NCBI GenBank assembly: GCA_038087875.1
Contig: CM075987.1
Coordinates: forward strand, 24,988,001 to 25,052,000
Source: Malacoraja senta
Lineage: Eukaryota
Direction of reading: 5' to 3'
Length of the DNA stretch: 64,000 nucleotides
Position numbers and translations under genes: made by a program. Shown here one piece after another: positions 50,209-64,000 of the stretch (within the stretch, counting starts at the first letter, position 1; the number at the start of each line of letters is the position of its first letter). The notes beneath the pieces are model-generated. The model did not search any database and had not been told where the DNA came from. It saw only the letters and a program-made list of their open reading frames with translations.

Positions 50209-51819
50209 TGTAAGCTCTTAAGCCTACTTTACCATTCAATAGAAAAGTGGTTGATCCAACTTTGGTCCCAATGCCACGTTCCATCTCTCTGCCTGTTGCT
50301 CTTGACTTCCTTGTATCTTTTGTATCTGTCAACCCCTGATGTCGATATGTTCCATGACACAACTTCTATAGTTCGAGCAATCGGAAATTCAAAAGACTCA
50401 CCACATTTGAGGAAGGAAATTATCATCTTGTAGAAACAAGGCACTGGAGATGTTGGTTTATCTGATGCCGGGTCCCAACCCAACACATCGCCTGTCCATG
50501 TTCTCCAGGGATGCTGCCTGACAAGCTGAAGGACTCCAGCACTTTATGTCCTACTCATCTCCATCGCTACTCGACCCTATCCAGAATCAATGCTCCCTAG
50601 TTTTAGGCTCATCCACTAAAAGAGAAATCCTCTCAATATCCCCCCCTCTGAATCTAAAATGTTTCAATAAAAATACCTCTCATTCTTCTACCATGGAACC
50701 ATCCCAACCTCTCTTCATACTTCAAAATCCTTCATCCCAGGAATCAAACTTCAAAATCCTTCATCCCAGGAATCAAACTAATGAACCTTCCAGGCATGAA
50801 GAGAGACACAAGATGCTGGAGTAACTCAGCGGGACAGGCAGCATCTCTGGAGAGTTTCTCCAGCATTTTGCGTCAATCTTCTAAGCACGTCTGAAGAAGG
50901 GTTTCGACCCGAAACTTCACCTATTCCTTCTCTCCAGTCCTTCTTCTGTCTGACCCGCTGAGTTACACCAGCGCTTTTTGTGTCAACCTTCTAAGCATGG
51001 TCGCCAATACTGCTATATGCTTCTTTAAGTGTGAAGACCATATATGTATGTAGTATTCTAGGTGAGTATTCTCACCTGCACCTACAAAGTTGCATGGAAA
51101 CCTCCCTAATAATATACTCTCTTCCCCTTGAAAAGAAAGACCAACAATCAACCTATTTCCTTCGCTCCATAGATGCTGCTGCACCCGCTGAGTTTCTCCA
51201 GCATTTTTGTGAACCTTCCTAATTAACATCTGTGCCTGAATGTTGACCTTCGGTTGTTCGTCTACTAGGATTACCAGAGATCCATGTGGCACAACATTTT
51301 ACCATCACACTCTAAGTTATAATTTATTTCTCATCCTTCCATTTAAAGTGGATATCTCTACTTCTCTACATCACGCAGCATCTGCCAATTCCTTACCTAC
51401 TCACTTAACCGATCGATATCCTTTTTGTTGGGTCCCTGGTGCTGAGAATTTGTTAACCCACCTATCTTTGTATCTTTTTTAAATATTTGACATATTTACA
51501 TATTCAAATATTTGACATATTACATATTCATCCGAATCCACATTATAGATCGTGAATAATTGAAGGACCATCAATGGTCCCCAGACCATTTCCCTGGTTT
51601 TAATTGCTAATTGAAAAATAAATCATTTATACCAACACATGGCCAATCCATTATCCATGTCATTCCCTGCTCTGGGCATTTTGATCTTGCACGATAATCT
51701 CTCATGATGCTCTCCATTGAATGCCTTCTAGAAATCCAAAATATACTACATCTAATGGTTTTCCTTTATCCACCCTTTGTGTTACATCCTCAAAGAACTC
51801 CAGCACATTTGTCAAACAC

Positions 51820-52435
51820 AACCATTCGGCCCATCAAGTCTACTCTGCCATTCAATCATGGCCGATCTATCCCTCCCTCCTATCCCCATTCTCCTGCCTT
51901 CTCCCCATAACCTCTGACATGCATACTAATCAAGAATCTATCTATCTATCTCTGCCTTAAAAATATCCACTGACTTGGCCTTCACAGCCTTCTGTGGCAA
52001 AGAATTCCACAGATTCACCACCCTCTGACTAAAGAAATTTCTCCTCATCTTCTTCCTAAAAGAACGTCCTTTAATTCTGAGGCTTTGACCTCTAGTCCCA
52101 GACTCTCCCACTTGTGGAAACATCCTCTCCACATCCACTCTATTAAAGCCTTTCACTGTTCTGTACGTTTCAATGAAATCCCCCCTCATTCTTCTAAACT
52201 CCAGCGAGTACAGGCCCAGTGCCGTCAAATGCGCATCAAAGGTTATCCCACTCATTCCTGGGATCGTTCTTGTAAACCTCCTCTGGACCCTCTCCAGGAC
52301 CAGCACATCCTTCCTCATATATGCTGCCCAAAATTGCTCACAATATTCCAAATGTGGCCTTACCAGCTCCTTGTAGAGCCTCAGTATTACATCCTTGGTT
52401 TTGTATACAAGCCCTCTTGAAATAAATGCTCGCAT
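51820..52435 (-). mobile_element. CR1 3' fragment
   Basis: ORF 51938-52435 (RPHLEYC...); another copy at ~53445-53805. Confidence 0.9.
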
Positions 52436-55400
52436 ATCTCTTACTTTAAACCATATTGAATCTGCTTGAGTGTCTTATAGTTTTTTTTTCATGTTGTAGC
52501 TATTCTTCACCAGTAGAAAGAGTAAGGGAGGTTCCAATTGAAAAAAATATTTTTCAAACATGAAATTGAATAATTTGAGTATTTTAGCTTTTAAGATGCA
52601 AAGTAGTTGTTAATTTTATTTGGTTCAACATGCCTCAGTAATACCCAGTTAAAATGTGTGAATATCAGTCACACATTGCAATATTGCACCTGCAATAGTT
52701 GGGCCGAAGGGTCTGTTTACCTGCTGTATGTCTGAAGAAGGGTCTCAACCCGAAACATCACCCATTCCTTTTCTCCAGAGATGCTGCCTGATCCGCTGAG
52801 TTACTCCAGCTATTTGCGTCATATCCATGTACCTGTCCAGTTTTTTTCTTAAATGTTGCAATAGTTCCTGCCTCAACTGCCTCGCCTGGCAGCTTGTTCC
52901 ATACACCCACCACCCTTTGTGTGAAAAAAGTACCCCTCAGATTCTTTCCCCTTCACCTTAATCCTATGCTTCTCGATTCCCCTACTCTGGGCAAGAGTCT
53001 CTGTGCATCTAACTGATCTATTCCTCTCATGATTTAATTCCCCTCTATAAGATCACCCCTCATCCTTCTGCGCTCTAAGGAATAGAGTCCCAGCCTGCTC
53101 AATATTCCTCAGACCCTCGGATCCTTTTCATTTTTCTCTGCGGCCTCACCAACGTTTTATACAACTGCAACATGACCTCCCAACTTCTATACTCAATACT
53201 CTGACTGATGAAGGCTAAGTCTCCTGACTGCAGGAAGTCTGCAATCCAGTTGGCTGCTTGGACAACTTTGCAAGATATTTTTATTTTGTACAACTTCAAG
53301 GCAGTGGATGCAAATTTTTGAAAAGCTTCCAGTGACAGGATAAGGCATTTTCAAGCTGAGAAAATAACCCTGTGTCTTTTCCCGCAGATGATTCTCAACA
53401 TGCCACGTATTTCCTGCATTTTTCATGTACATAAATTGATGTTCATAAGTTCATGAATCCATAAGTGATAGGAGCAGATTAGGCCATTCAGTCCAGCAGG
53501 TCTACTCCACCATTCAATCATGGCTAATCTATCTGTCCCTCCTGATCCCATTCTCCTCATAACCCCTGACACATGCACTAATCAAGAATCTATCTATCTC
53601 TGGTCTTCAAAATATCCATTGACTTGTCCTCCACAGCCTTCTGTGGCAATGAATTCCACAGATTCACCGCCCTCTGACTAAAGAAATCCCTCCTCATCTC
53701 CTTCCTAAAGGGACGTCCTTTAATTTTGTAGCTATGACCTCTAGTCCTAGACTCTCCCACTAGAGCAAACATCCTCTCCACATCCACCCTATCCAAGCCT
53801 TTCATTGCATTTTCACTGCATTTTCTGTTTTTTGTTTTGTCTTGGGTTGCTGGAGATGGAATTCTCTGCTGTAAATATGGGCGGCAGCAGTCAAATCATC
53901 CAGACAGACGGGGGACCTTTGTTATGCCCTGAAGTTCTTGAGACACAAACCTCTTTCTTTCTCTCTCGCTTGCTTATACTATTAAGATATGAGATGCAAG
54001 TATTAATGTGTATTATAGAGTCATAGTCATTTAGTGATACAGCGTGGAATCCGGCCCTTCAGCCCAATTTGCCCACACCGGCTAACATGTCCCAGCTACA
54101 CTAGTCCCACCTGTCCGCGTTCGGTCCATATCCCTTCAAACCTGTCCTATCCATGTACCCGCTGAGTTTCTCCAGCATTTTTGTGTACCTTCGATTTTCC
54201 AGCATCTGCAGTTCCTTCTTTAACACTATCCATGTACCTGTCTAACTGCTTCTTAAAGGTTGGGATACTCCTTGTCTCAACTACCTCTTCTGGCAGCTTG
54301 TTCCATACACCCACCACCCTTTGTGTGGAAAAAGTTACCCCTCAGATTCCTATTAAATCTTTTCCCCCTTCACCTTAAACCTATGATTTGTGTAGATTTG
54401 TCCTGGAGTGAAGGAGTAAAGATGAATACTTCTCTAGAGGTACAGTTATATCAAACCAATGCAGTAGATGGACAGAATGCAGTCTGGGTGTTAATTCTAA
54501 ACCTCTCAATACTCTGATAATTGAAATCTGGAAGAGATACTTTTTCTAAAAAATTCATTTTCTCTGAACAATATAAATACTTAAATGCAACTAAATCAAT
54601 ACTTCTGTCCAGCCCACACTACCATCAGTTAGCGGTGAGATGGGTTGATCACAAACTTCAAGGTGCTGAGAACCACAGTAAATTTCAATTCTGAAGCAAA
54701 GAAATTCATTCCTGCTTGCTTATTGATTTACCCAAGTAATCGTCAAATTGGTATAGTTCGCGAATTGGAAAAGTCTCATCTGTGATTGATTGTGGTTCTT
54801 TATCCCAGCCGTGAATAAGTGCCTTCCCACTTTACAGTCCCTATCCTTTGAAGGCTTAATTTCCACCTAGGTTTGAAGACAGCTGGCCTCAGACTGGCAT
54901 ATTTACCAGTGCGAGCAATATCATAGCTCATTCTCTCATTGTATTTGTTTTGCTAAGTCTTCATCTGAGTCACCCATCCGTCACCCGACCAGCGAGTACA
55001 ATGCACAGACAACCATTCATTCCATCTGAGCTGCACAATCGTTAATGACAAAAAAAACGTCACCACAGTTGTGACATTTCTGACTTCGCTTTTGAACATT
55101 ACACTTAGGAAATTACAGGGACAGATTTTCTACTTTTGGTGAAGGGGGGACAAGGGATCATTATTTACGGCTTCCCAAACTTATTTCTGGCATTCAAAAG
55201 ATCACACTGAGAAATTGAAAAATATAAAGTTCATTGTGATTTATCTCAGCGGGCAGATTCTTTCAAATTCAGATTCCATTATTTTTTTTTTCTTTTTTCA
55301 TTTATTGTAAAGACCGCAGCTCTCCCTTTAGCCATCTCTTTTCCATTGTCAATCTTTCCAGCAGTCTCAGTCTCTTCGATACTTTTAGACAGGCACGTGG

Positions 55401-56421
55401 GTAGACAGGGGATGGAGGGATAAGGGTCTTGTGGAGGTAGAGGCGGTCCGATTAAAATGGCAATGTGGCCCAAGGTCTAGAGAGGGCGGTGAATCTGTGG
55501 AATTCATTGCCACAGAAGGCTGCGGAGGCCAAGTCAATGGGTAATTTTAAGGCAGAGATAGATAGATTCTTGATTAGTCAAGGGGTTATGGGGAGCAGGC
55601 AGGAGAATTGGGTTAAGAGAGAAAGATAGATCAGCCATGATTGAATGACGGAGTGGACGATGGGCCGAATGGCCTAATTCTGCTCCGATCACTTATAATA
55701 ATAATAATAATAAATTTTATTTATTGGCGCCTTATACCAAAGTCTCAAGGACACCTTACAGAGCTTAACAAGTGAGAAACAAATAATCGGAGTAAAATAA
55801 ATTATAAAGACATCACCAATACACAAATTAAAGACAGAATTCGATCCAAAGACACACAAAGAAAAAAATCAGAAACACAATGTGAAGAGAGATACAGGAT
55901 ACAGGTACATGGATTATATTCTGGCACGGTCAATATTATATGATCTTCTCCTTCACAAGACTGCAGTCAGTTGAGTTCTTTCCATCCAAATTTCACAGTT
56001 TGACAGAAATAAGTGAATGTTTTTTTCCACTCTGTGTTATCCGTCACCTCTCACTGTGTTTTCTTCCTACCTGCCGTGAATTTAGCAAGTGCCAAAATGC
56101 AATGGTGCATTTCAGGTCATGATCTTGAACTTTCAGTTGTAATATAAAAGCTGAGTTGGGAAACGGTCCTAAAATGGAGAATCCATGCACCTGTATCCAT
56201 GTTTTGTTCCGTTTGAAACCCATGCAAATATTTGCCTTACATTGAGTTCACACAAATTCTATGTTAAATCTGGCAGCACTGTGCTGAATGTGTAGGAAAG
56301 AACTGCAGATGCTGGCTTGCACCAAAGATAGTCAAGAAATGATGGAGTAATAACTCAGTGGGTCAGGCAGCATCTCTGGAGAAAAGGAATGGGTGATGTT
56401 TCGGCTCAAGATCCTTCTTTA

Positions 56422-56756
56422 AACCCCTGTCCCACTGTACGAGTTCATTCAAAGAGCTCTCCCGAGTTTGCCCTGATTCGAACTCGGAGAATTACGGTAA
56501 TAGCCGCTCGTCGGTACTCGGGGCTCTCGTGGACATTTTTCAACATGTTGAAAAATCTTCACGAGTCTTCCCGAGCTTACCTGCCATTAGCGAGTCTTCC
56601 CGAGCTTACCTGCCGTTAGCGTTACGAGCCGCAAAGAGACGTCCCCGAGCTCCGACGTACCCGCTACGTTCATTCTCCGTGCTTACCACGAGTTTGATTT
56701 ATTTATTTTTTACTCGGGAGAGCTCTTGAATGAACTCGCATCGTGGGACAGGGCCA
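56422..56756. mobile_element. Harbinger-type MITE, third copy
   Basis: Same body; inserted into a Penelope terminal repeat (ccttct tta...cta gactga). Confidence 0.8.
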
Positions 56757-58589
56757 CTAGACTGAGGCATTGTTCTTAAGGTAGTCAACTTGGAACAGAG
56801 TTTGAAAACCAAAAGAAGCTTCGGATGTTGGAAATCTGAAATAAAAAGAGAAAAATGCTGGAAAGACTCAGCGGTCAAGCTGCATCTGTGGAGAGAGAAA
56901 CAGAAATGATATTTCAAGTGAAAGGCAGGTCCAGGATATTCTGTTTTTATGTGTGCAGAAAGGAATTGCAGATGTTGGTTTATACTGAAGATAGACACAA
57001 AGTTCTGGAATAACTCAGCGGGTCAGGCAGCATCTCTGGAGAAAAAGGATGGCTGATGTTTCTGGGCCGGACCTTCTACAGACAGTTTTTTTTATTTATG
57101 AATAACAGACCTCCACCACAGACTACAACTTTAAGGGGACTTTCAGACGGTTGTCTAACTTCCTCCTTTCCCTCCTTGAGACCATGTTGACCAAGTGCAA
57201 ATGCTCTACAATTTTTGGACGCGTTCCATGTGGATTTGCAATCCAGCTCTGAGAAACAATGTCATCATCAAACCTTTCAGATCAACGAAGTTATGAGCCT
57301 CTGCTTTTGAAAATGTAAAGGACTCTGACAAGAAAAAAAATACTTGCTTCTAAGAATCCGCCGCTCCAGAGAAAAACAAGGATAACGAAAAAGTCTCCAG
57401 ACCCCAGCCACAAAGCTTTCCATCTTGGATACCACCACCACCTTAAATTAAAACTTACAGCTGATAACACAATGAATGAGACCAAAGGAATGCAGCAGAG
57501 AAGTGGGGTTATCATGGGGAGCTTGGGAGAACTTTAATTTGGTGCAAGCCAGCATCTGCAGTTCTTTCCTACACATTCAGCACAGTGCTGCCAGTATCTC
57601 GAGAGTTAAGGCAAGTTGGGTTTAGTTGGGTGTCACGTGTGGAAATCTCAGCTGATTTGACAGTCTTTGTCTTGCTGTTTGGTCCATTCTGTATCAGGAT
57701 ATCTGTTATCATAAGTGACTGGTGTGAAATTAAAATATTTGGACTTTGCTTAATTGCCTTGTTAAATTGTTTCTCTCAGAAACACAATTTGATGCCAAGC
57801 CAAAGCTTGGGTTGAAAATTTTCCATTCGTCAATGGGAAAAAAAACAGTTTCCTCAAACTGCCAGTCCAACACTGAGCACATCAAACATCCAAAGATGCA
57901 GGCCCTCTTCTGTGTTACAGTAAAATTACAGTGAGGGAAATTCAAGGAAAATTGGTATAACCAAGGACCTGGGTACAACCGCCGTCAGGCCTTGTATAAA
58001 ACAAGGCTAATAATTCAAAACTGTCAGAAGTAATTGGATATGAAGGTATTATGAAGTTTTGCAAATAAATCAAATGCATAGCGAAGGTTCACCATGTGTG
58101 GGTTGTTAGTACATGCATTCGGCCACCACCAGTTTCACCACCTCCATCACCAACCTACCATCACCTATTAGTGTAGAGAGTCGAGAGGTAGACTTAACAA
58201 TGGTAGTTGTGTGTCCTACCTCTCATTTTACTCCTCCTTCCTTTCTTTCGTCCTGTGGATGTGCTGCGCGGTGCCTGCTGCAAGTGGGAGATCTCAATGG
58301 GCGTGTTTGTTCGAAAACTCTCCTGGAACCTCTGCATCAATGACTGCACTGTATCCTGAGTCACATCAGCGGCTACAATGCGTCAATTTGATCGTTAAAA
58401 TGTGAGCACGTTATAACTTCCCAGTCATCATTTGATCATCAAACCGAGCAAGCACAAATGGCTAGAGTATTTGAACAAATATTTAGAAAAACAACGTTGC
58501 TTTTGTGAAAATGTGCTTGAAAACCAACTTAATTACTCTGGTTTGTAAGCAGTCAGTTCTCCAGTTGGCACATCACAATCGGTTTAGAA

Positions 58590-58808
58590 CAAGAGTTCCC
58601 AACCCAGGGTAAATTTACCCCCCAGAGGGTACATTTGTTGATACTGGCAATAAGAACGTTAAAAACAGTATTTTAAAATTTCCCCTTTGTCTGTTGCTTT
58701 CTCATGGTAGGTGTCAACTCAAATTCTTGAACAAAACAGGGTGGGGGTAAAATTATTTTTGAAAAGTTGGCAGGGGGTAAACGGGACGAAAAAGGTTGGG
58801 AACCGCTG
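58590..58808. mobile_element. hAT (Charlie-type) MITE
   Basis: Ends caagagttcccaacc / aggttgggaaccgctg with a perfect 8-bp TSD gtttagaa (58582-58589, 58809-58816). Confidence 0.88.
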
Positions 58809-58834
58809 GTTTAGAATGAGCACACACAGAATAG

Positions 58835-59425
58835 ACACATAGAAATATAGAAAATAGGTGCAGGAGGAGGCCATTCGGCCCTTCGAGCCAGCACCGCCAT
58901 TCATTGTGATCATGGCTGATCGCCCCCAATCAATAACCCGTGCCTGCCTTCTCCCCATATCCCTTGACTTCACTAGCCCCTAGAGCTCTATCTAACTCTC
59001 TCTTAAATCCATCCAGTAATTTGGCCTCCACTGCCATCTGTGGCAGGGAATTCCACAAATTCACAACTCTCTGGGTGAAAAAGTTTTTTCTCACCTCAGT
59101 CTTAAATGGCCTCCCCTTTATTCTAAGACTGTGGCCCTGGTTCTGGACTCGCCCAACATTAGGAACATTTTTCCTGCATCTAGCTTGTCCAGTCCTTTCA
59201 TAATTTTATATGTTTCTATAAGATCCCCCCTCATCCTTCTAAACTCCAGTGAATACAAGCCTAGTCTTTTCAATCTTTCCTCATATGACAGTCCCGCCAT
59301 CCCAGGGATCAATCTTGTGAACCTACGCTGCACTGCCTCAATCACAAGGATGTCCTTCCTCAAATTAGGAGACCAAAACTGTACGCAATACTCCAGATGT
59401 GGTCTCACCAGAGCCCTGCACCACT
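58835..59425 (-). mobile_element. CR1 3' fragment
   Basis: ORF 59118-59444; near-identical to 46540-47102. Confidence 0.9.
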
Positions 59426-60646
59426 GCAGAAGAATGAGAGGCACGAGAATGAGATGCAGAGTCTCTTGCCCAGAGTGGGGGAATCGAGAACCACAGGACG
59501 TAGGTTTAAGGAGAAGGGGGAAAGATTCTATAGGAATCTGAAGGGTAACTCTTTTGACTCAAAGGGTGGTGGGTGTATGGAACGAGATGCCAGAGGAGGT
59601 AGTAGAGGCTGGGACTATCACAACATTTGAGAAGCAGTTAGAAATGTACATGGATAAGTCAGGTTTGGAGGGATATGGACCAAACACATGCAGATGGGAC
59701 TAGTGTAGATGGGACATGTTGGTCGGTGTGGGCAAGTTGAGCTGATGGGCCAGTTTCCGCACTGTATGACTCAATGACTCTGCAGTGAAGGAGCTGTAAT
59801 GACACGATTAGCACCTTTACATCAGTGACTGGGTTGTCAGTGTTCATATACTGGCTCGTCATTCAAATTCACTAATTTTCCAACTGGGAAAACTCTCATT
59901 CATTTTGGATGGAATAGAGGGCAGCAAACAATTCAGATATTAGCCATCCATTGTGTGTGTAAGCCCTTAGAAATATAAAACTCATACCGTAAACCTCTCT
60001 GCCCTCACCACCCCATGTCCCAGCCTTTCAAAGCCAAGGATGCGACCAACATTTTCAGATATATATTATCAAATTTGTTTTTATTTGGGAAAAGAATATG
60101 CAATTAATCTACAACCTTTTCTTACTTGTTACTTTGACAGTATTCTCTATTATTTTAATAATCCCGTAAACGATACGAAAACCAGATGTTAAAACTGCAC
60201 ATGGTCGCTCTTGGGCCATCTGGATTAGTTATGGCAAACATTTGTAAACAGGTTGTGCAGGGAGGAACTGCAGATGCTGGTTTATACCGAAGATAGACGG
60301 AAAAATGCTGGAGTAACTCAGCGGGTCAGGCAGCATCTCTGGAAATTGACACAAAATGCTCCAGAGTTGCTGCCTGACCCGCTGAGGTACTCCAGCATTT
60401 TGTGTCGATCTCGAGATGCTGCTTGACCCACTGAGTTCCTCCAGCACTTTGAGTCCAACTTTGGAAGCAGGTTGCTCACTTGTCTACCGCGTCTTGTTGG
60501 ATTGAAAATAGTCCATTCATGGGCGAAAACAGTCAGCCTCGGAATTGGTCATTCGAAAAGATTCAGCCCCAAAGGTGAGAAAAGGGCACTTGATAACCTC
60601 ATGGAACCATTATTATTCTGTTAACAATGAACACTGAGGATTAATG

Positions 60647-60690
60647 TGAATGGATGAATGAATGAATGAATGAATGAATGAATGAATGAA
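60647..60690. repeat. (GAAT)n microsatellite, tail of a Rex-type retroposon fragment (~60647-60890, minus)
   Basis: Adjacent ctttattgtcacat is the reverse complement of atgtgacaataaag. Confidence 0.8.
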
Positions 60691-61254
60691 CGGATACTTT
60701 ATTGTCACATATGACAAGTCAGAGTGAAATCCTTTGCTTGCTTACCCAAGGTATGCAAAGAGTCACCACATAAAGAGCACTGACAAGGTTACAAAGTATC
60801 CCGCGCCATGTCCTCCTATGTCCCCCCTCCACCCCCCCCTCCCCCACCCACCTCACAGCGGTCCCCCCTCGCCGGGTCCTCCTTTGCTCTAAAAGTAGGA
60901 CGTATCTAATTTTACATCAAGAGCGAGAAAAAATTACTTATGTGAATTGTGATACAGAACACTGCGGTACAAATTTCAGCTGATTTAACAGTCTTGTTTT
61001 TGCTGTTTGGTCCATTCTGTATCGGGATATTTGTCATCATAACTGACTGTTGTGAAATTAAAAGTCTTGGACTTTGCTTAATTGCCTTTTTAAATAGTTT
61101 TCTGCCTGAAACACCATTTGGTGCCACGTTGCATTTTGTTTCACCAGCAGCAGCTTGGGTTGAAAAATTTCCATTAGTCAATGAAAAAAAAAAAAGTCCT
61201 CAAAATACCAGTCCACTGATCACATCAAGCATTCAAAAAGTCTGGATCTTTCTT

Positions 61255-61545
61255 ATTTAGTTATACAGCGGGGAAACAGGCCCTTCGACCCACCGAGTCT
61301 GCACCCACCAGCGATCTCAACACATTAACACTCGGGACAATTTTACATTTATACCAAGCCAATTAACCTACAAACCTGTACGTCTTTGGAGTGTGGGAGG
61401 AAACTGAAGGTCTTGGAGAAAACCCACGTGGTCACAAGGACAACGTACAAACTCTGTACAGACAGCATTAGTTGGGATCGAACCCGGGTCTCAGGCACTG
61501 CAGGTGCTGTGAGGCAGCAACTCTACCACTGCCCCATTGTGTTGT
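61255..61545 (-). mobile_element. V-SINE
   Basis: Same consensus. Confidence 0.85.
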
Positions 61546-62416
61546 CCCCTACTGTGTTAAAGTGGATTACAATAGACAATAGACGATAGACAATAGGTGC
61601 AGGAGTAGGCCATTCGGCCCTTCAAGCCAGCACCGCCATTCAATGTGATCATGGCTGATCATCCTCAATCAGTACCCCGTTCCTGCCTTCTCCCCATATC
61701 CCCTGACTCCGCTATTTTTAAGAGCCCTATCTAGCTCTCTCTTGAAAGCATCCAGAGAAACTGCCTCCACCGCCCTCTGAGGCAGAGAATTCCACACACT
61801 CACCACTCTCTCCCACACTCCCACAATGAGGGAAATTCAAGGAACATGGGTCTCACCAAGGACCAGGGAACAACCAAGGTACTTCCTTGCATAAAACAAG
61901 GCTAATAAACCAAAACTGTCAGAACTAATTGGATATGAAGGTATTGCAAAGTTTTGCAAATAAATCAAATAAATGCTGATTCTTATTAAAAATAACAAAT
62001 CCTTGTACAGTTTATCAGGTCATTTCACTGGGCGTAGGATCATCTTGGATTTAGTTTCCAATTTGGTATTGACTTGCTCTCGCCAACACTACTAATATCG
62101 CTATGTTTTGGAGACTTGTTTTTAAGTTTTTGAATCTCCACTTTGTGAAAACGTCTTCCAAATTATTTTGCTTTTTGTTTGTAACATCATGATGGGGAAA
62201 AGGAGCCTGATCCATAGTGAGCACTAGTCCATTGGAAGAAGACATCTAAAAACCAGACCGCTTATTCAACTTAAGTTGGAGACAGAGGGTCATCTAAATG
62301 TTAACAGTTGCAGGGACCCTAAATCTGAAGACCAAAGTTTACATAATCCTTGGATGAAAGATCTCAAAACCATGGCAGCCTTAGAGAGGTGTGCTCAGTA
62401 AATATTCTGGAGGATT

Positions 62417-63150
62417 CAAGAGCGGAACTCGCTATCAAAACATGGAGGGGACGGGGGACACAATTTTTTGGCGGCCACGCGCGCATGCGCACACTCACAC
62501 ACACACACGCGCGCGAGGCTTCGGAGGCTCAATCCAGCGCTAGATGCAGCTCAACTCTGCCTGTCTTCACCGGGTTAACTACAGCCCTGCCTGGGCTGAC
62601 AGGTTACCAGCGCTGCTTCTCCGCGCAGGCCATATTTCCCGCAAGTCCAGGAAGGGTAGTAAGCTCACCTGGCGGGACAGGCAGAGTTAGCTGGGTTTAG
62701 CGCTGTTTCTCTGCGCTGGCCCGTCTGACTGCTGACCAAAGATCCTATAGCGGAGGATCTTTGCTGCCGACCTCTCTGGCCACCCGCGGGGGGGGGGGGG
62801 GAGGGGGTACTCGGGTGGGGACGGGACAGCGCCGGAGACCCGGCCGGGATCGATCCTGCCTGCGGATGAAGCGCAGGTCTGTGCCACGTCTCCCTCCTCC
62901 AATCACCGCACTCTATCCTCAGTCCCACCCCACCCCCCCACTCATCCCTCCTCCAATCATCGCGCCGAATCATGTCCCGCCCCCATTGCCTGCTGACCGA
63001 CGTCTCTCTCCTCCAATCGGCGCCCTCGATCACCGGATTTTAAAATCAGGATTACAAAAACTTGGGGGGATGTCCCCCACCTCTCAAAACATGGTGGGGA
63101 TGTGTCCCCTCTGCCCCCCTCCCCCCCCCCCCCTGGGTTTTCCGCCCCTG
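62417..63150. mobile_element. GC-rich non-autonomous hAT-type DNA element
   Basis: Perfect 8-bp TSD ggaggatt (62409-62416, 63151-63158); imperfect TIRs caagagcggaa / ttccgcccctg. Confidence 0.8.
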
Positions 63151-64000
63151 GGAGGATTGGAAGAAACATACGAGAGAAGGGCGGCACAGTGGTGCCGTAC
63201 GTCTTCGGAGTGTGGGAGGAAACCGGAGCTCTTGGGGGAAAACCCACGCAGGTCACGGGGAGAACGTTCAAACTCCGTACGGACAGCACTTTCTCTGGCA
63301 CTGTAGGGCAGCAACTCTGTCGCTGCGCCACCATGCTGCCCATAACAGGTTTAGTTTAGTTTAGTTTAGTTTATTGTCACATGTACTAAGGTACAGTGAA
63401 AAGCTTTTTGTTTCGGGAGGAACTGCAGATGCTGGTTTCAGTCGAAGACTGAAACTAAATGCTGGAATAACTCAAGGGGTCAGGCAGAATCTCTGGAGAA
63501 AAGCAATAGGTGACGTTTCGGGTCAAGATTTTTGTCGTGTGCTAACCAGTCAGCGGAAAGATAATACATGATTACAATCGAGCCGTTCACAGTGTGCAGA
63601 CACATAATAAAGGGCATAACCTAAATAATGTTTAGTGCAAGATAAAGTCAGTAAAGTCTGATCCAAGATAGTCTGAGGGTCTCCAATGAGGCAGGTAGCA
63701 GTTCAGGACTCCTCTCTAGTTGTTGGTAGGATGGTTCAGTTGCCTGATAACAGCTGGGAAGAAACTGTCCCTGAATCTGGAGGTGTGCGTTTTTACACTT
63801 CTATACCTTTTGCCCGATGGGAGAGGGGAGAAGAGGGAGTGGCTAGGGTGCAACTGCTCTCTGGTTGAATGCACCCGGGACTATGCTGTTGAAACAGGGT
63901 GGTCTTCTGGTGGGAAGTGAACTTACGGCACTGAAAGAAGCCCTGTTATATTTTCAATGGTTCCAACTATTGAATGGTTCCAGGGTGGCACGGTGGTGCA

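Noticed and set aside
62051..62245. Minus ORF starting right after gtttttag|ATG
   Set aside because: No recognisable protein or donor site; not ASTN2-like.

Overview
Repeat-dense vertebrate genomic DNA. The repeat complement (tRNA-derived V-SINE/HE1-type SINEs with CR1-type tails, several CR1 subfamilies, Rex/Babar LINEs, Penelope-like element ends) points to a cartilaginous fish, probably a skate or ray (inference). Only two host-gene exons are recognisable, both on the minus strand. One is a 102-nt internal astrotactin exon (ASTN2-like, 21603-21704), which implies most of the window is ASTN2 intron. The other is a TDP2-like first coding exon (4125-4376), downstream of it on the same strand but across a 200-N gap. 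Mobile DNA includes a near-intact 5'-truncated CR1 (13895-17272), whose ORF1/ORF2 junction carries a canonical U_UUA_AAC -1 frameshift heptamer, and a full-length but frameshifted Rex/Babar LINE in a TA microsatellite. There are also many short Penelope-derived inserts carrying minimal hammerhead-ribozyme cores, often as inverted pairs, Harbinger- and hAT-type MITEs with target-site duplications (TSDs), and a GC-rich non-autonomous retroposon family with a covarying hairpin. Several repeat-free, motif-dense islands look like conserved non-coding elements. All identifications come from reading the sequence and recalled family motifs; no database search was run, and repeat boundaries are approximate.
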